The notes under the pieces are model-generated. The model was not told the origin of the DNA and did not search any database. It saw only the letters and a program-made list of their open reading frames with translations. Source: Mobula hypostoma (lineage: Eukaryota). Taken from it: a stretch of DNA of 64,000 nt. Both the position numbers and the translations under genes were made by a program. Every line of letters begins with the position of its first letter. Position 1 is the first letter of the stretch. Below are positions 29,584-39,692 of the stretch, in pieces. The DNA lies in assembly GCF_963921235.1 (NCBI RefSeq), contig NC_086097.1:182716001-182780000 (forward strand), in the 5' to 3' direction.

Positions 29584-30865
29584 TGTAATGTCCTGGTTCA
29601 CAACTTTGCTGTTATGCTGTAGGTATTTCATTTAGCAGTTGTGTAAATCAGTCTGTTTGGGTTATTGTTGAAGATAAGGGACGATGAGGAATGCGTGCCA
29701 TCCAATTCGGATGCCGGAACCGGGGGGAGGTGTTTTTTGGAGAGGAGCACTGAGGTTGTTCTTGGGGTTTTTGGTTCGGCAGGAGATGAAGAGAGAAGAC
29801 ACCAGGGAGAATTGGTCATAGGATACGACACAGTGGGAGACCCGTTTGTTCGGGATGGATTGCAAGCGACATTCAGAAGGTGGTGTGTGCTTTCACAGTG
29901 ACTGAGGGCCCAGTGCGTGAGTGACCGAGCAGTTCAAGATTAGCTCCAACATTTAAATGTTTAATTAAAATGGGCCCTTGTCCATAGAACCATAGATCAC
30001 GATAGCACAGAATACAGGCCATTTGGCCCTTCTAGTCTGTGCCAAAACTTTATTCCACTTGTCCCATTGACCTGCATCCAGTCCATAACCGTCCAGACCT
30101 CTCCCGTCCATGTATCTATCCACTTTATTCTTAGAACTTCAGAGCGAGCCCGCATTTACCACATCAGATGGCAGCTCGTTCCACACTCCCACCACTGTCT
30201 CAGTGCAGAAGTTCCCCCTAATGTTCCCTCAAACCTTTCCCCTTTCACCCTAAAGCCATGTCCTCTTGTATTTATCTCTCCTAATCTAAGTGGAAAGAGC
30301 CTATTCACACTTACTCTGTCTATACCCCTCATAATTTTGTAAACCTCTATCAAGTCTCCCCTCATTCTCTACGCTCCAAGGAATAAAGTCCTAACCTGTT
30401 CAATCTTTCCCTGTAACTCAACTCCTGAAGACCTGGCAACATCATAGTAAATCTTCTCTGCACTCTTTCAATCTTACTGATATCCTTCCTATAGTTAGGT
30501 GACCAGAACTGTACACAATACTCCAAATTTGGCCTCACCAATGTCTTATACAACCTCCCCATAACATTCCAACTCCTATACTCAATACTTTGATTTATGA
30601 ATGCCAGGATGCCAAAAGCCTTCTTTATAACCCTGTATACCTGTGTCTTTTTGTTTTCTTTACTAATCCTAAAATTAAGATTCATAAATATAACTCCTTT
30701 AGTCGTCTGCAGTGTGTTGTCTGCTATTCGGTGGCACTGAGTTGTAACAGGGTAGCAAATGACACAGCATCCACACAAACCGGAGTTTGGGGTGGGAGAG
30801 CCACCTCAGGCAGGAATGAAGAGTCTTCCCGAGACTTATGCAGCCAGGGAAACCGGGGGGTTTCA
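29584..30865. mobile_element. Putative solo LTR-like element interrupted by a CR1 fragment
   Basis: Starts TGTAA at 29584 where composition switches from the G-rich flank. Candidate ends are ...GTAACA (30749; flanks AGGTAG/GGGTAG) or ...GGGGTTTCA (30865). No coding sequence. Boundaries and class are uncertain. Confidence 0.4.
29982..30641 (-). mobile_element. CR1 LINE 3' fragment (ORF2 C-terminus, 3' UTR, microsatellite tail)
   Basis: Minus-strand peptides KAFGILAFINQSIEYRS...LYKTLVRPNLEYCVQFWSP and MRGDLIEVYKIMRGIDRV...TRGHG match the CR1 ORF2 C-terminus. Tail CATAGAACCATAGA lies at the left end. Confidence 0.9.
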
Positions 30866-30985
30866 TTGTTTGTGGGTGTGGTGGGGGTGGGGGGGAGGTC
30901 TGTGGTGATCAGTGTGTGGGAAGGTGTCTTTGGAGGACAAAGTGTATGGGGGTGAGTGATGAGGGATGTGCTGGTGCCCACCCAC

Positions 30986-32534
30986 CTGCCACATCCAGGT
31001 CCACTCTGTAGTGTATCAGGTGGGTGTGCAGGTTGCCCAGCAGATTCTGCTGGACCCTGTTGCCATAGTTGAGCCCCTCAGGAGTGAAGAAGGAAGAGTG
31101 GATGTAGCCCGTGGCGTGGACCTTGACCTCCAGCACCCCGTTCTGATGGAAGATGAAGTCCCAGATATAGTCGTAGTTGTCGACGGTGGACGTGGTTCTC
31201 AGCAGCAGTACCTGACCCTCCACTCCAGCGTAGAAGTTGTAGCCTCCGTTGTAGTTATTGTTGAAATGCCTGCGGAGGGGGATCCCAGTGGGAAACTCGA
31301 ATATGCACAGGGCGTTCCTGTAGCGTACAGGTTGGTCACTGTCGAAGAAGTGGTAGGTGTCCATGTAGGTGGCGAACTCTGGGCAGTCGATGCCCTTTGC
31401 CAGTTCGTATCCCATCACCCCCATTCCCCAGCCTGCATCTATGTACTTGGTCTGCATGGTGGCAGGGCTGTGGCCAGAGTAGAAGGCAACAGCTTCCTGC
31501 GGGCTGATCTCATAGGCGATGGGCTCACCATTGAACTGGATGTCGAAGAGCTGGATGCCCGTGGATGAACGGACTCGGAAGGCAAAGCTCCAGCCTCCGT
31601 AAAGGACCAAGTTCCCCTTCACCCAGTACCTCTGGCCGTGTGGCTGCCAGGCCTGGGGCCCACGGGTACTGGTTTCGGTTTGAAAGTGTCCGCGAGGACG
31701 GTAGGAGGAGAAGAGGTTCTCCTTGTGGAGTTCGGGCAGTTTGACCGTAGCCACCAGTCCTCTGTTGTACTTCTCCACCAATTGTTCCATGCTGTCAAAG
31801 TACTGGCCATTGTACCAGACCTTCTCCACGGCCCAGAGCCTGGGGTCAGTACTCTTGTGGTTGAGCAGGATCTCCAAGCCAATCGGATGGATGAAGAAAG
31901 CGTCCACATCTCGCTGGATAATGAACCAGGACTTTCTGTCCCCTGACCTCTCCCCTCTGGGGGCCACGTCCGTAAAGGTCAGGCAGAGGTCAGTGCAGTT
32001 GTGGAACCAGGCGCCGCTGATCTCCCTCAGCAGTGGGGTGGCCACCTTGGTAACCTGGGCCAGCTTCCTGTACAGGAGCTTGTACTCGACCGATGTGGTG
32101 GGTCGGGACGAGAACTTGATGGAGCTGCTGCCTTTTGGCCTGGCAGGGTGGTGATACCGGGGCAGAGGCAGTGGGCCCACCACGTACTCAGTGACTCTGG
32201 GGACTGGCTCGGCACCAAAGAAGACCACCACCCTGGCCTCGCGTTTTGGGGGACAGATGTATCCCTGCAGGAAATGGAGCACCTGCTGCTTTTTGGGGGG
32301 CTGCAGCTCGATGAGGAAGATGTAGTTTTTCCTGAGCGTCAGTGTTCTGGCAGATGAGAGGTTGAGATGCTTATGAGATAGCAGATAGTTCCTCACTGCC
32401 CGTATCTCGGTGACACTGAGGTCAGCGAACACAGAGGCACGGCGATAGTACTGGAGGGAGTGTGGAGGTGAGCTGGCTTCGCCCCACAGTGCCAGGCCCA
32501 GGGAGAGCCACAGCAGCATCACTGTGCCCAACAT
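30986..32534 (-). CDS. AOC1: Copper-containing amine oxidase, AOC1/diamine oxidase-like; large first coding exon (516 codons + 1 nt)
   Basis: Uninterrupted ORF with an N-terminal hydrophobic signal peptide, AOC1-type FTDVAPRG, catalytic-base motif TKYIDAGWG, TPQ consensus N-Y-D-Y (Tyr codon 31173-31175) and Cu-ligand HTH. It ends DLDVA-G at a phase-1 GT donor (GTGGGT, 30985-30980), the same junction position as in mammalian AOC1. The ORF-track tail GWAPAH... is intronic read-through. Confidence 0.93.
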
Positions 32535-32588
32535 TGCCCCTCAGCTGGTACTGAAGATCACTTGTTACTCGTCTTCTCACAGCAGAGG

Positions 32589-32615
32589 CTGCAGGGGGAA
32601 GGCAACAAGTTAGTA
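32589..32615 (-). promoter_or_regulatory. 3' splice site and branch point for the AOC1-like exon (exon starts at 32588, 54 nt of 5' UTR)
   Basis: Minus strand reads TACTAAC (32615-32609, perfect branch consensus), then TTGTTGCCTTCCCCCTGCAG. This implies a further upstream (higher-coordinate) non-coding exon. Confidence 0.8.
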
Positions 32616-32789
32616 CGCCATTTTATTTTATAGGGGGAGGGGGTAAGGTCTACACAGGAGAGCATTGTACATTTCAGAATTTCTCTTCATCCCCGAGTCC
32701 ATACCAACAATTACCTTACCCACCCACTCCCGCCATTCTCCACACATTCCCATCACCTCCACCCAGATTTCATCTTTACCCACACGGAG

Positions 32790-32930
32790 TATGATTTACA
32801 GCGGTTACCCACCGACCTGCACTGCATCCAGTGAAAGGAAAGCAGAACATCCAGGAGAAGTCCATGCGGCCACTGGGAGATTGTGCAAACTTGCACAGGG
32901 CAGTGCCAGAGTTTGGGATCAAACCCCAAT
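32790..32930 (-). mobile_element. Degenerate tRNA-derived SINE, V-SINE-like
   Basis: Minus strand has B-box-like GGTTTGATCCC followed by CTGTGCAAGTTTGCACAATCTCCCAGTGGCCGCATGGACTTCTCCTGGATGTTCTGCTTTCC, resembling the V-domain as recalled. Confidence 0.6.
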
Positions 32931-32999
32931 TTTTCTCACCTCTGGCATGGTAAATATTGCCACTGGGTTTTGGAGTCAGAGTTGTATGGAATTGTAATG

Positions 33000-33330
33000 G
33001 ACTATTCAGTCTACTGAGTTTACTAAAGAACTTGTCATTGACTTCACAAAGAACGTGCAGTGCACATGTTCTTGTCTGTATCAACAGTGTTGAGGTCGAA
33101 GGCGTTGAGAGATTCAAGATTCTCGGTGCGAACATCACCAATAAAATGTCCTCATCCAACCAGATCGATGCTACAGCCAAGAAAGCTCACCAATGGTTCT
33201 ACTTCCTCAGGAGGCAAAGGAAATTGGCTTGTTCCCTTTGATCCTCAGCAATTTTGTTCACTACACCATAGAAAGCATCCTATCTGGATGCATCACAGAT
33301 TGGTATGGGAACACTTTTTCCTGTCTTGGT
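33000..33330 (+). mobile_element. Rex1/Babar-like LINE RT C-terminal fragment
   Basis: Peptide VEGVERFKILGANIT...IDATAKKAHQWFYFLRR followed by TIESILSGCIT-like sequence. Confidence 0.65.
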
Positions 33331-33454
33331 CAAGTAGCCAGCATAATGAAAGACTCCACTAATTATTGACATTCATCAATGGAAACATCTCAACAGTGAC
33401 CCTGGTGTGTCATCTCAGGATCTGATATGTTTTAATAAGAATGTCTTGATGAAC

Positions 33455-33718
33455 TTAAGACAGTACAGCACAGATACAACATGATATCAAATTAAACTAA
33501 TCCCTTTTATCTGCACATGATCCACATCCCTCCAATCCTGTACATTCATGTGTTTCCTAAAAGCCCCTTAAATGCTTTTTTACTATCTGTACCCATCAGC
33601 ACCCCTGGCAGCACATTTCAGGCACCCATCATTCTCTGTGTCGAGAAAACTTGCCCCACAAATCTCCTTTGAGTGTACACCCACTCACCTTAAATATATG
33701 TCCTCCAGTATTAGCTAT
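33455..33718 (-). mobile_element. Old CR1 3' end, left part (host of CR1 copy A)
   Basis: Degenerate antisense CR1 3' sequence that resumes at 36862 (...CCAGTATTAGCTAT|TTCACTTTGG...). Confidence 0.65.
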
Positions 33719-36700
33719 AGGTGACTTTAAACTAGAATGGTTGGGGGGTGGGAATCAAATTAAAGAAGCTAGGCGTGAGGAGGTTAGTTCACAACAGGGG
33801 GATGGGAACCAGTGCAGAGAGACAGAGGGGTGTAAAGTGAGGGTAGAAGCAAAAAGTACTAAGGAGAAAAGTAAAAGTGGCAGGCCGACAAATCCAGGGC
33901 AAGCATTAAAAAGGGCCACCTTTCAACATAATTGTATAAGGGCTAAGAGAGTTGTAAAAGAGCGCCTGAAGGCTTTGTGTGTCAATGCAAGGAGCATTCG
34001 TAATAAGGTGGATGAATTGAAAGTGCAGATTGTTATTAATGATTATGATATAGTTGGGATCACAGAGACATGGCTCCAGGGTGACCAAGGATGGGAGCTC
34101 AACGTTCAGGGATATTCAATATTCAGGAGGGATAGACATGAAAGAAAAGGAGGTGGGGTGGCGTTGCTGGTTAAAGATGAGATTAACGCAATAGAAAGGA
34201 AGGACATAAGCCGGGAAGATGTGGAATCGATATGGGTAGAGCTGCGTAACACTAAGGGGCAGAAGACGCTGGTGGGAGTTGTGTACAGGCCACCTAACAG
34301 TAGTAGTGAGGTCGGAGATGGTATTAAACAGGAAATTAGAAATGTGTGCAATAAAGGAACAGCAGTTATAATGGTGACTTCAATCTGCATGTAGATTGGG
34401 TGAACCAAATTGGTAAAGGTGCTGAGGAAGAGGATTTCTTGGAATGTATGCGGGATGGTTTTTTGAACCAACATGTCGAGGAACCAACTAGAGAGCAGAC
34501 TATTCTGGACTGGGTTTTGAGCAATGAGGAAAGGTTAATTAGCAATCTTGTCGTGAGAGGCCCCTTGGGTAAGAGTGACCATAATATGGTGGAATTCTTC
34601 ATTAAGATGGAGAGTGACATAGTTAATTCAGAAACAAAGGTTCTGAACTTAAAGAGGGGTAACTTTGAAGCTATGAGACGTGAATTAGCTAAGATAGACT
34701 GGCAAATGACACTTAAAGGATTGACGGTGGACATGCAATGGCAAGCATTTAAAGGTTGCATGGATGAACTACAACAATTGTTCATCCCAGTTTGGCAAAA
34801 GAATAAATCAAGGAAGGTAGTGCACCCGTGGCTGACAAGAGAAATTAGGGATAGTATCAATTCCAAAGAAGAAGCAAACAAATTAGCCAGAGAAAGTGGC
34901 TCACCTGAGGACTGGGAGAAATTCAGAGTTCAGCAGAGGAGGACAAAGGCCTTAATTAGGAAGTTGAAAAAAGATTATGAGAGAAAACTGGCAGGGAACA
35001 TAAAAACGGACTGTAAAAGCTTTTATAGATATGTAAAAAGGAAAAGACTGGTAAAGACAAATGTAGGTCCCCTGCAGACAGAAACAGGTGAATTGATTAT
35101 GGGGAGCAAGGACATGGCAGACCAATTGAATAATTACTTTGGTTCTGTCTTCACTAAGGAGGACATAAATAATCTTCCAGAAATAGTAGGGGACAGAGGG
35201 TCCAGTGAGATGGAGGAACTGAGTGAAATACATGTTAGTAGGGAAGTGGTGTTAGGTAAATTGAAGGGATTAAAGGCAGATAAATCCCCAGGGCCAGATG
35301 GTCTGCATCCCAGAGTGCTTAAGGAAGTAGCCCAAGAAATAGTGGATGCATTAGTGATAATCTTTCAAAACTCGTTAGATTCTGGACTAGTTCCTGAGGA
35401 TTGGAGGGTGGCTAATGTAACTCCACTTTTTAAAAAAGGAGGGAGAGAGAAACCGGGGAATTATAGACCTAACGTCGGTGGTGGGGAAACTGCTGGAGTC
35501 AGTTATCAAGGATGTGATAACAGCACATTTGGAAAGCGGTGAAATGATCGAACAAAGTCAGCATGGATTTGTGAAAGGAAAATCATGTCTGACGAATCTC
35601 ATAGAATTTTTTGAGGATGTAACTAGTAGAGTGGATAGGGGAGAACCAGTGGATGTGGTATATTTGGATTTTCAAAAGGCTTTTGACAAGGTCCCACACA
35701 GGAGATTAGTGTGCAAACTTGGCACACGGTATTGGGGGTAAGGTATTGGTGTGGGTGGAGAATTGGTTAGCAGACAGGAAGCAAAGAGTGGGAATAAACG
35801 GGACCTTTTCATGAATGGCAGGCGGTGACTAGTGGGGTACCGCAAGGCTCAGTGCTGGGACCCCAGTTGCTTACAATATATATTAATGACTTGGATGAGG
35901 GAATTAAATGCAGCATCTCCAAGTTTGCGGATGACACGAAGCTGGGTGGCAGTGTTAGCTGTGAGGAGGATGCTAAGAGGATGCAGGGTAACTTGTATAG
36001 GTTGGGTGAGTGGGCAAATTCATGGCAGATGCAATTTAATGTGGATAAATGTGAAGTTATCCACTTTGGTGGCAAAAATAGGAAAACAGATTATTATCTG
36101 AATGGTGGCTGATTAGGAAAAGGGGAGGTGCAATGAGACCTGGGTGTCATTATACACCAGTCATTGAAAGTGGGCATGCAGGTACAGCAGGCGGTGAAAA
36201 AAGCGAATGGTATGCTGGCATTTATAGCGAGAGGATTCGAGTACAGGAGCAGGGAGGTACTATTGCAGTTGTACAAGGCCTTGGTGAGACCACACCTGGA
36301 GTATTGTGTGCAGTTTTGGTCCCCTAATCTGAGGAAAGACATCTTTGCCATAGAGGGAGTACAAAGAAGGTTCACCAGATTGATTCCTGGGATGGCAGGA
36401 CTTTCATATGAAGAAAGACTGGATGAACTGGGCTTGTACTCGTTGGAATTTAGAAGATTGAGGGGGGATCTGATTGAAACGTATAAGATCCTAAAGGGAT
36501 TGGACAGGCTAGATGCAGGAAGATTGTTCCCAATGTTGGGGAAGTCCAGAACGAGGGGCCACAGTTTGAGGATAGAGGGGAAGCCTTTTAGGACCGAGAT
36601 TAGGAAAAACTTCTTCACACAGAGAGTGGTGAATCTGTGGAATTCTCTGCCACAGGAAACAGTTGAGGCCAGTTCATTGGCTATATTTAAGAGGGAGTTA

Positions 36701-36861
36701 GATATGGCCCTTGTGGCTACGGGGATCAGGGGGTATGGAGGGAAGGCTGGGGCAGGGTTCTGAGTTGGATGATCAGCCATGATCATAATAAATGGCGGTG
36801 CAGGCTCGAAGGGCCGAATGGCCTACTCCTGCACCTATTTTCTATGTTTCTATGTTTCTAT
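33719..36861 (+). mobile_element. Young CR1 LINE copy A, 5'-truncated at the ORF1/ORF2 junction; ORF2 (APE endonuclease + RT) broken by several small indels
   Basis: EN motifs NARS, ITETW, YRPP, SDHN; RT motifs QHGF, YLDFQKAFDKV, GVPQGSVLGP, FADD. Tail (TTTCTATG)n ends at ~36861. CTAT is repeated at both junctions (33715-18, 36858-61). Indels versus copy B near 34375, 35468, 35720 and 35812. Confidence 0.96.
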
Positions 36862-37030
36862 TTCACTTTGGAGAAAAGATTCTTACTGCCTCCCTTGTCT
36901 ACACCTTTCATAATCTTATAAACCTCTAACAAGTCTCCACTGAGCCTATGACACCGCAGTAAAAAACAACCCAACTTTGTTCAACTTCTCCTTATTGCTC
37001 ATATTCTCGAATCCAGGCAGCATCCTGACT
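36862..37030 (-). mobile_element. Old CR1 3' region, right part (host of CR1 copy A)
   Basis: Antisense CR1 ORF2 C-terminal sequence (CATAATCTTATAAACCTCTA, TTCAACTTCTCC, AATCCAGGCAGCATCCT) collinear with 33455-33718. Confidence 0.65.
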
Positions 37031-37049
37031 TCCATTGTCATTCCGTTGA

Positions 37050-37130
37050 CAGAATCCACCATCAGGAACCCCCACCATCCAGGAAATGCTCTTTTCTCAC
37101 TGCTGCCATCTGGAAGAAGGTACAAGAGGA
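37050..37130 (+). mobile_element. Rex1-like LINE 3' fragment
   Basis: Peptide PHHPGNALFSLLPSGRRYK is typical of Rex1-type RT C-termini. Confidence 0.55.
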
Positions 37131-37139
37131 TTCCTAACT

Positions 37140-38058
37140 ACAAGATCACTCCCCAGCCTTCTCCCTATAACCTTTAATGCCATGTTTAATCAAGAACCTA
37201 TCAAGCTCTGCCTTAAATATACTAACAACCTAGCCTGTGGTAATAAATTCCACAAATTCACTACTCTCTGTCCAAAGAAATTTCTCTGCATCTCTGTTTT
37301 AAATGGATGCCTCTCTATCCTGAGGCTGTGACCTCGTCCTAGACTCCCTCTCCATGGGAGACATCCCTTCCACATCTACTCTGTCTAGGCCTTTCAACAT
37401 TTGAGGGGTTTCAATGAGATCCTCCTCATCCTCCTAAATTCCAGCGAGTACAGACCCAGAGCCAATAAATGCTCTTTGTATGATAACCCTTTCATTAGTG
37501 GAACCATCCTTGTGAATCTCCTCTGAACCCTCTCCAATGCCAGCACACCTTTTCTTAGATGAGTCCTAAACTGTTCACAATACTTGAGGTGAGGCCTCAC
37601 CAGTGCCTTATAAAGCCTCAGCATCACATCCCTGCTCTTGTATTCTGGACCTCCTGAAATGAATGCTAATATTGCATTTACCTTCCTCACCACCGACTCT
37701 ACCTGCAAGTTAATGTTTAGAGTATTCTGCACAAGGACTCCCAAGTCCCTTTGCAATTCAGATTTTTGGATTTTCTCCCCGTTTAGAAAATAGTCTGCAT
37801 ATTTATTTCTATTACCAAAGTGCATGACCATGCATTTTCCAACATTGTATTCTATTAGCCACTCTCTTGCCCATTCTCCTAATCTGTCTATGTCCTTCTA
37901 CAGCCTACCTGTTTTCTCAACACTACTTACACCTCCACCAATCTTTGTGTCACCTGTAAACTTGACAACAAAGCCATCTATTCCATCGTCTAAATTATTG
38001 ATGTACAGCATAAAAAGAAGCGGTCTCAACACCGACCCCTGTGGAACACCACTAATTA
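37140..38058 (-). mobile_element. Older CR1 RT/3' fragment
   Basis: Minus-strand VMHFG...QRDLGVLV...LYKALVRPHLKYC...LERVQRRFTRM and NFFGQRVVNLWNLLP. Confidence 0.85.
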
Positions 38059-38119
38059 CATGAAAACTTGTATGATCTTCTGTAGCGGTTGGTGTTGGGG
38101 CTGCTTCCTGTCACATTAT

Positions 38120-38305
38120 AATGAGTTGGGTGATGGAATTGATGGCTTTTTGGCCAAGTTTGCAGATGATACGAAGATAGGTAGAGGGGCAGGTAGTGTT
38201 ATGGAAGCCAGGAGTCTGCAGAAGTACTTGGACAGATTGGCATAGAAGTGGCAGATAGGGAGTGTAGGGAAATGTGCGGTCATGCATTTGGTAGAAGGAA
38301 TAAAG
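38120..38305 (+). mobile_element. CR1 RT fragment
   Basis: GIDGFLAKFADDTKIG...LQKYLDRL. Confidence 0.8.
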
Positions 38306-38306
38306 G

Positions 38307-38880
38307 CTACTTGCCTCCTGCAACTTCAGGGTGACTACTTCCCTGTAACTGATCAATTATCTCCTCACTCTCCCTTACAAGCCAAAGCTTGTCCAGCTGC
38401 TGCTCCAGATCCCTAGTACGGTCTTCAAGGAACTGCAGCTGGATGCACCTCATGCACTTGTAGTTCCTTTGGAGACGCTGGGTCTCCCAGGACTCCAAAA
38501 TCGGCATGAAAAACACACAGCAGCCATTTACTACACTAGGTACAGTAAGAGAAAAAAAAAGAACCTTAACAGAAACTTACCCAGAGCCAATGCTTCTTTC
38601 AAGCCTGACACTCCTCCTCCTACCCCCACTGGCCTACTCACAACAATGCCATTCTGCTGTACTTTTAAACAAGCATCACCAACCTGAGAAAATCCTCATT
38701 GCTGTGGCCTACTCGTGCTGCTGATTGGGCTGTCAGATTGAGCTTGAACGCCCGTGAGGATCTCCTTTTAAAAAAGCATCACCAGCCTCCCAGAAACCTC
38801 GTTGCTGTAGCCTGCTCCTGCCACTGACTGGACTGCTGGAACATATTTAAAACTCGCAGAGGATTTCCACCTTATAAAAG
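38307..38880 (-). mobile_element. CR1 5' fragment (5' UTR with ~103 bp duplicated monomer + ORF1 zinc-finger/leucine-zipper start)
   Basis: Minus peptide YKCMRCIQLQFLEDRTRDLEQQLD is homologous to ORF1 of copy B (ICAKCIEMQLLRDRVTELELQLD). AAGCATCACC...GCTGTGGCCT block is repeated at ~38671 and ~38774. Confidence 0.7.
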
Positions 38881-39349
38881 ATTTCCAAATTGCAAATGAT
38901 TTCTAAAACACAAAGGATTTCCAAAATACATGTACAATTCCTATAAGCAAAAAAGACATACCAACAAGTTTCAGATGAACAAGTCGTCCTTCACAGAAAT
39001 TGAAGGGAGGAATGGACTCTGGTCACCCCATCTTTCTGACATTCCTCTTGTTGTTCCTTGACCATTCCTAACAAGCCTGACTGTTTTCTTAAATTTATAC
39101 TGTTTTTCTGTCACTTGGGTGACTTCACACATGAATGATACTTTTTGAGATACCTTTTCACTCAGATGGCCTAACAGCTTCTGGGGACTGAGGTCCCAGA
39201 CACCCAAAATTCATGCTGTGAATAATAATTCTCTGAGTACACAAATGTTTTTTCCAGCTGTGGATAGATCAGCTATTTGACGTGCTAAGTGATAGTATCA
39301 ATCTGGTCTGCAAACTTCCTTGGTCTTTGCTTGGCTGCGCAGGAGTGGT

Positions 39350-39595
39350 AAGTATTGGCATCAGAGGCCTTCTGAAGGCCAGAGTGGGAATATAAAAGGA
39401 GCAGAACAGATTTGTGTAAACCTGCTCTTTTTTCAGCCGCATAGGCATGGCAATTGTCAGCATCAGAAGCTTAAACTAATCACCATTATCACAGTGTGCT
39501 AATGATAGAGTGGGAAGGCTTTAGCTTAACAGGCTTCGGCAAGAACAGGTGCAGGCACAGAGAAGAAGAGGTAAGCCTTTTTTTTTAGTACTGGA
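39350..39595 (+). mobile_element. 5' UTR of an older plus-strand CR1 (host of copy B), continues at 43587
   Basis: ATTGG (39354), TATAAAAG (39391), GAG|GTAAGC (39571). Joining 39595 to 43591 restores GTACTGGAATGCTCCTCTGTAGGATGTGG, an ORF1 ECSS(C)RMW-like start. Confidence 0.55.
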
Positions 39596-39692
39596 TAGAA
39601 ACATAGAAACATGGAAAATAGATGCAGGAGTAGGCCATTCGGCCCTTCGAGCCTGCACCGCCATTTATTATGATCATGGCTGATCATCCAAC

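Noticed and set aside
30909..30985. C-terminal extension of the 541 aa ORF (GWAPAHPSS...)
   Set aside because: Lies beyond the conserved splice donor; intronic read-through.
30966..32357. Plus-strand ORFs of 100-200 aa overlapping the amine oxidase
   Set aside because: Antisense shadows of a GC3-rich coding exon with no recognisable motifs.
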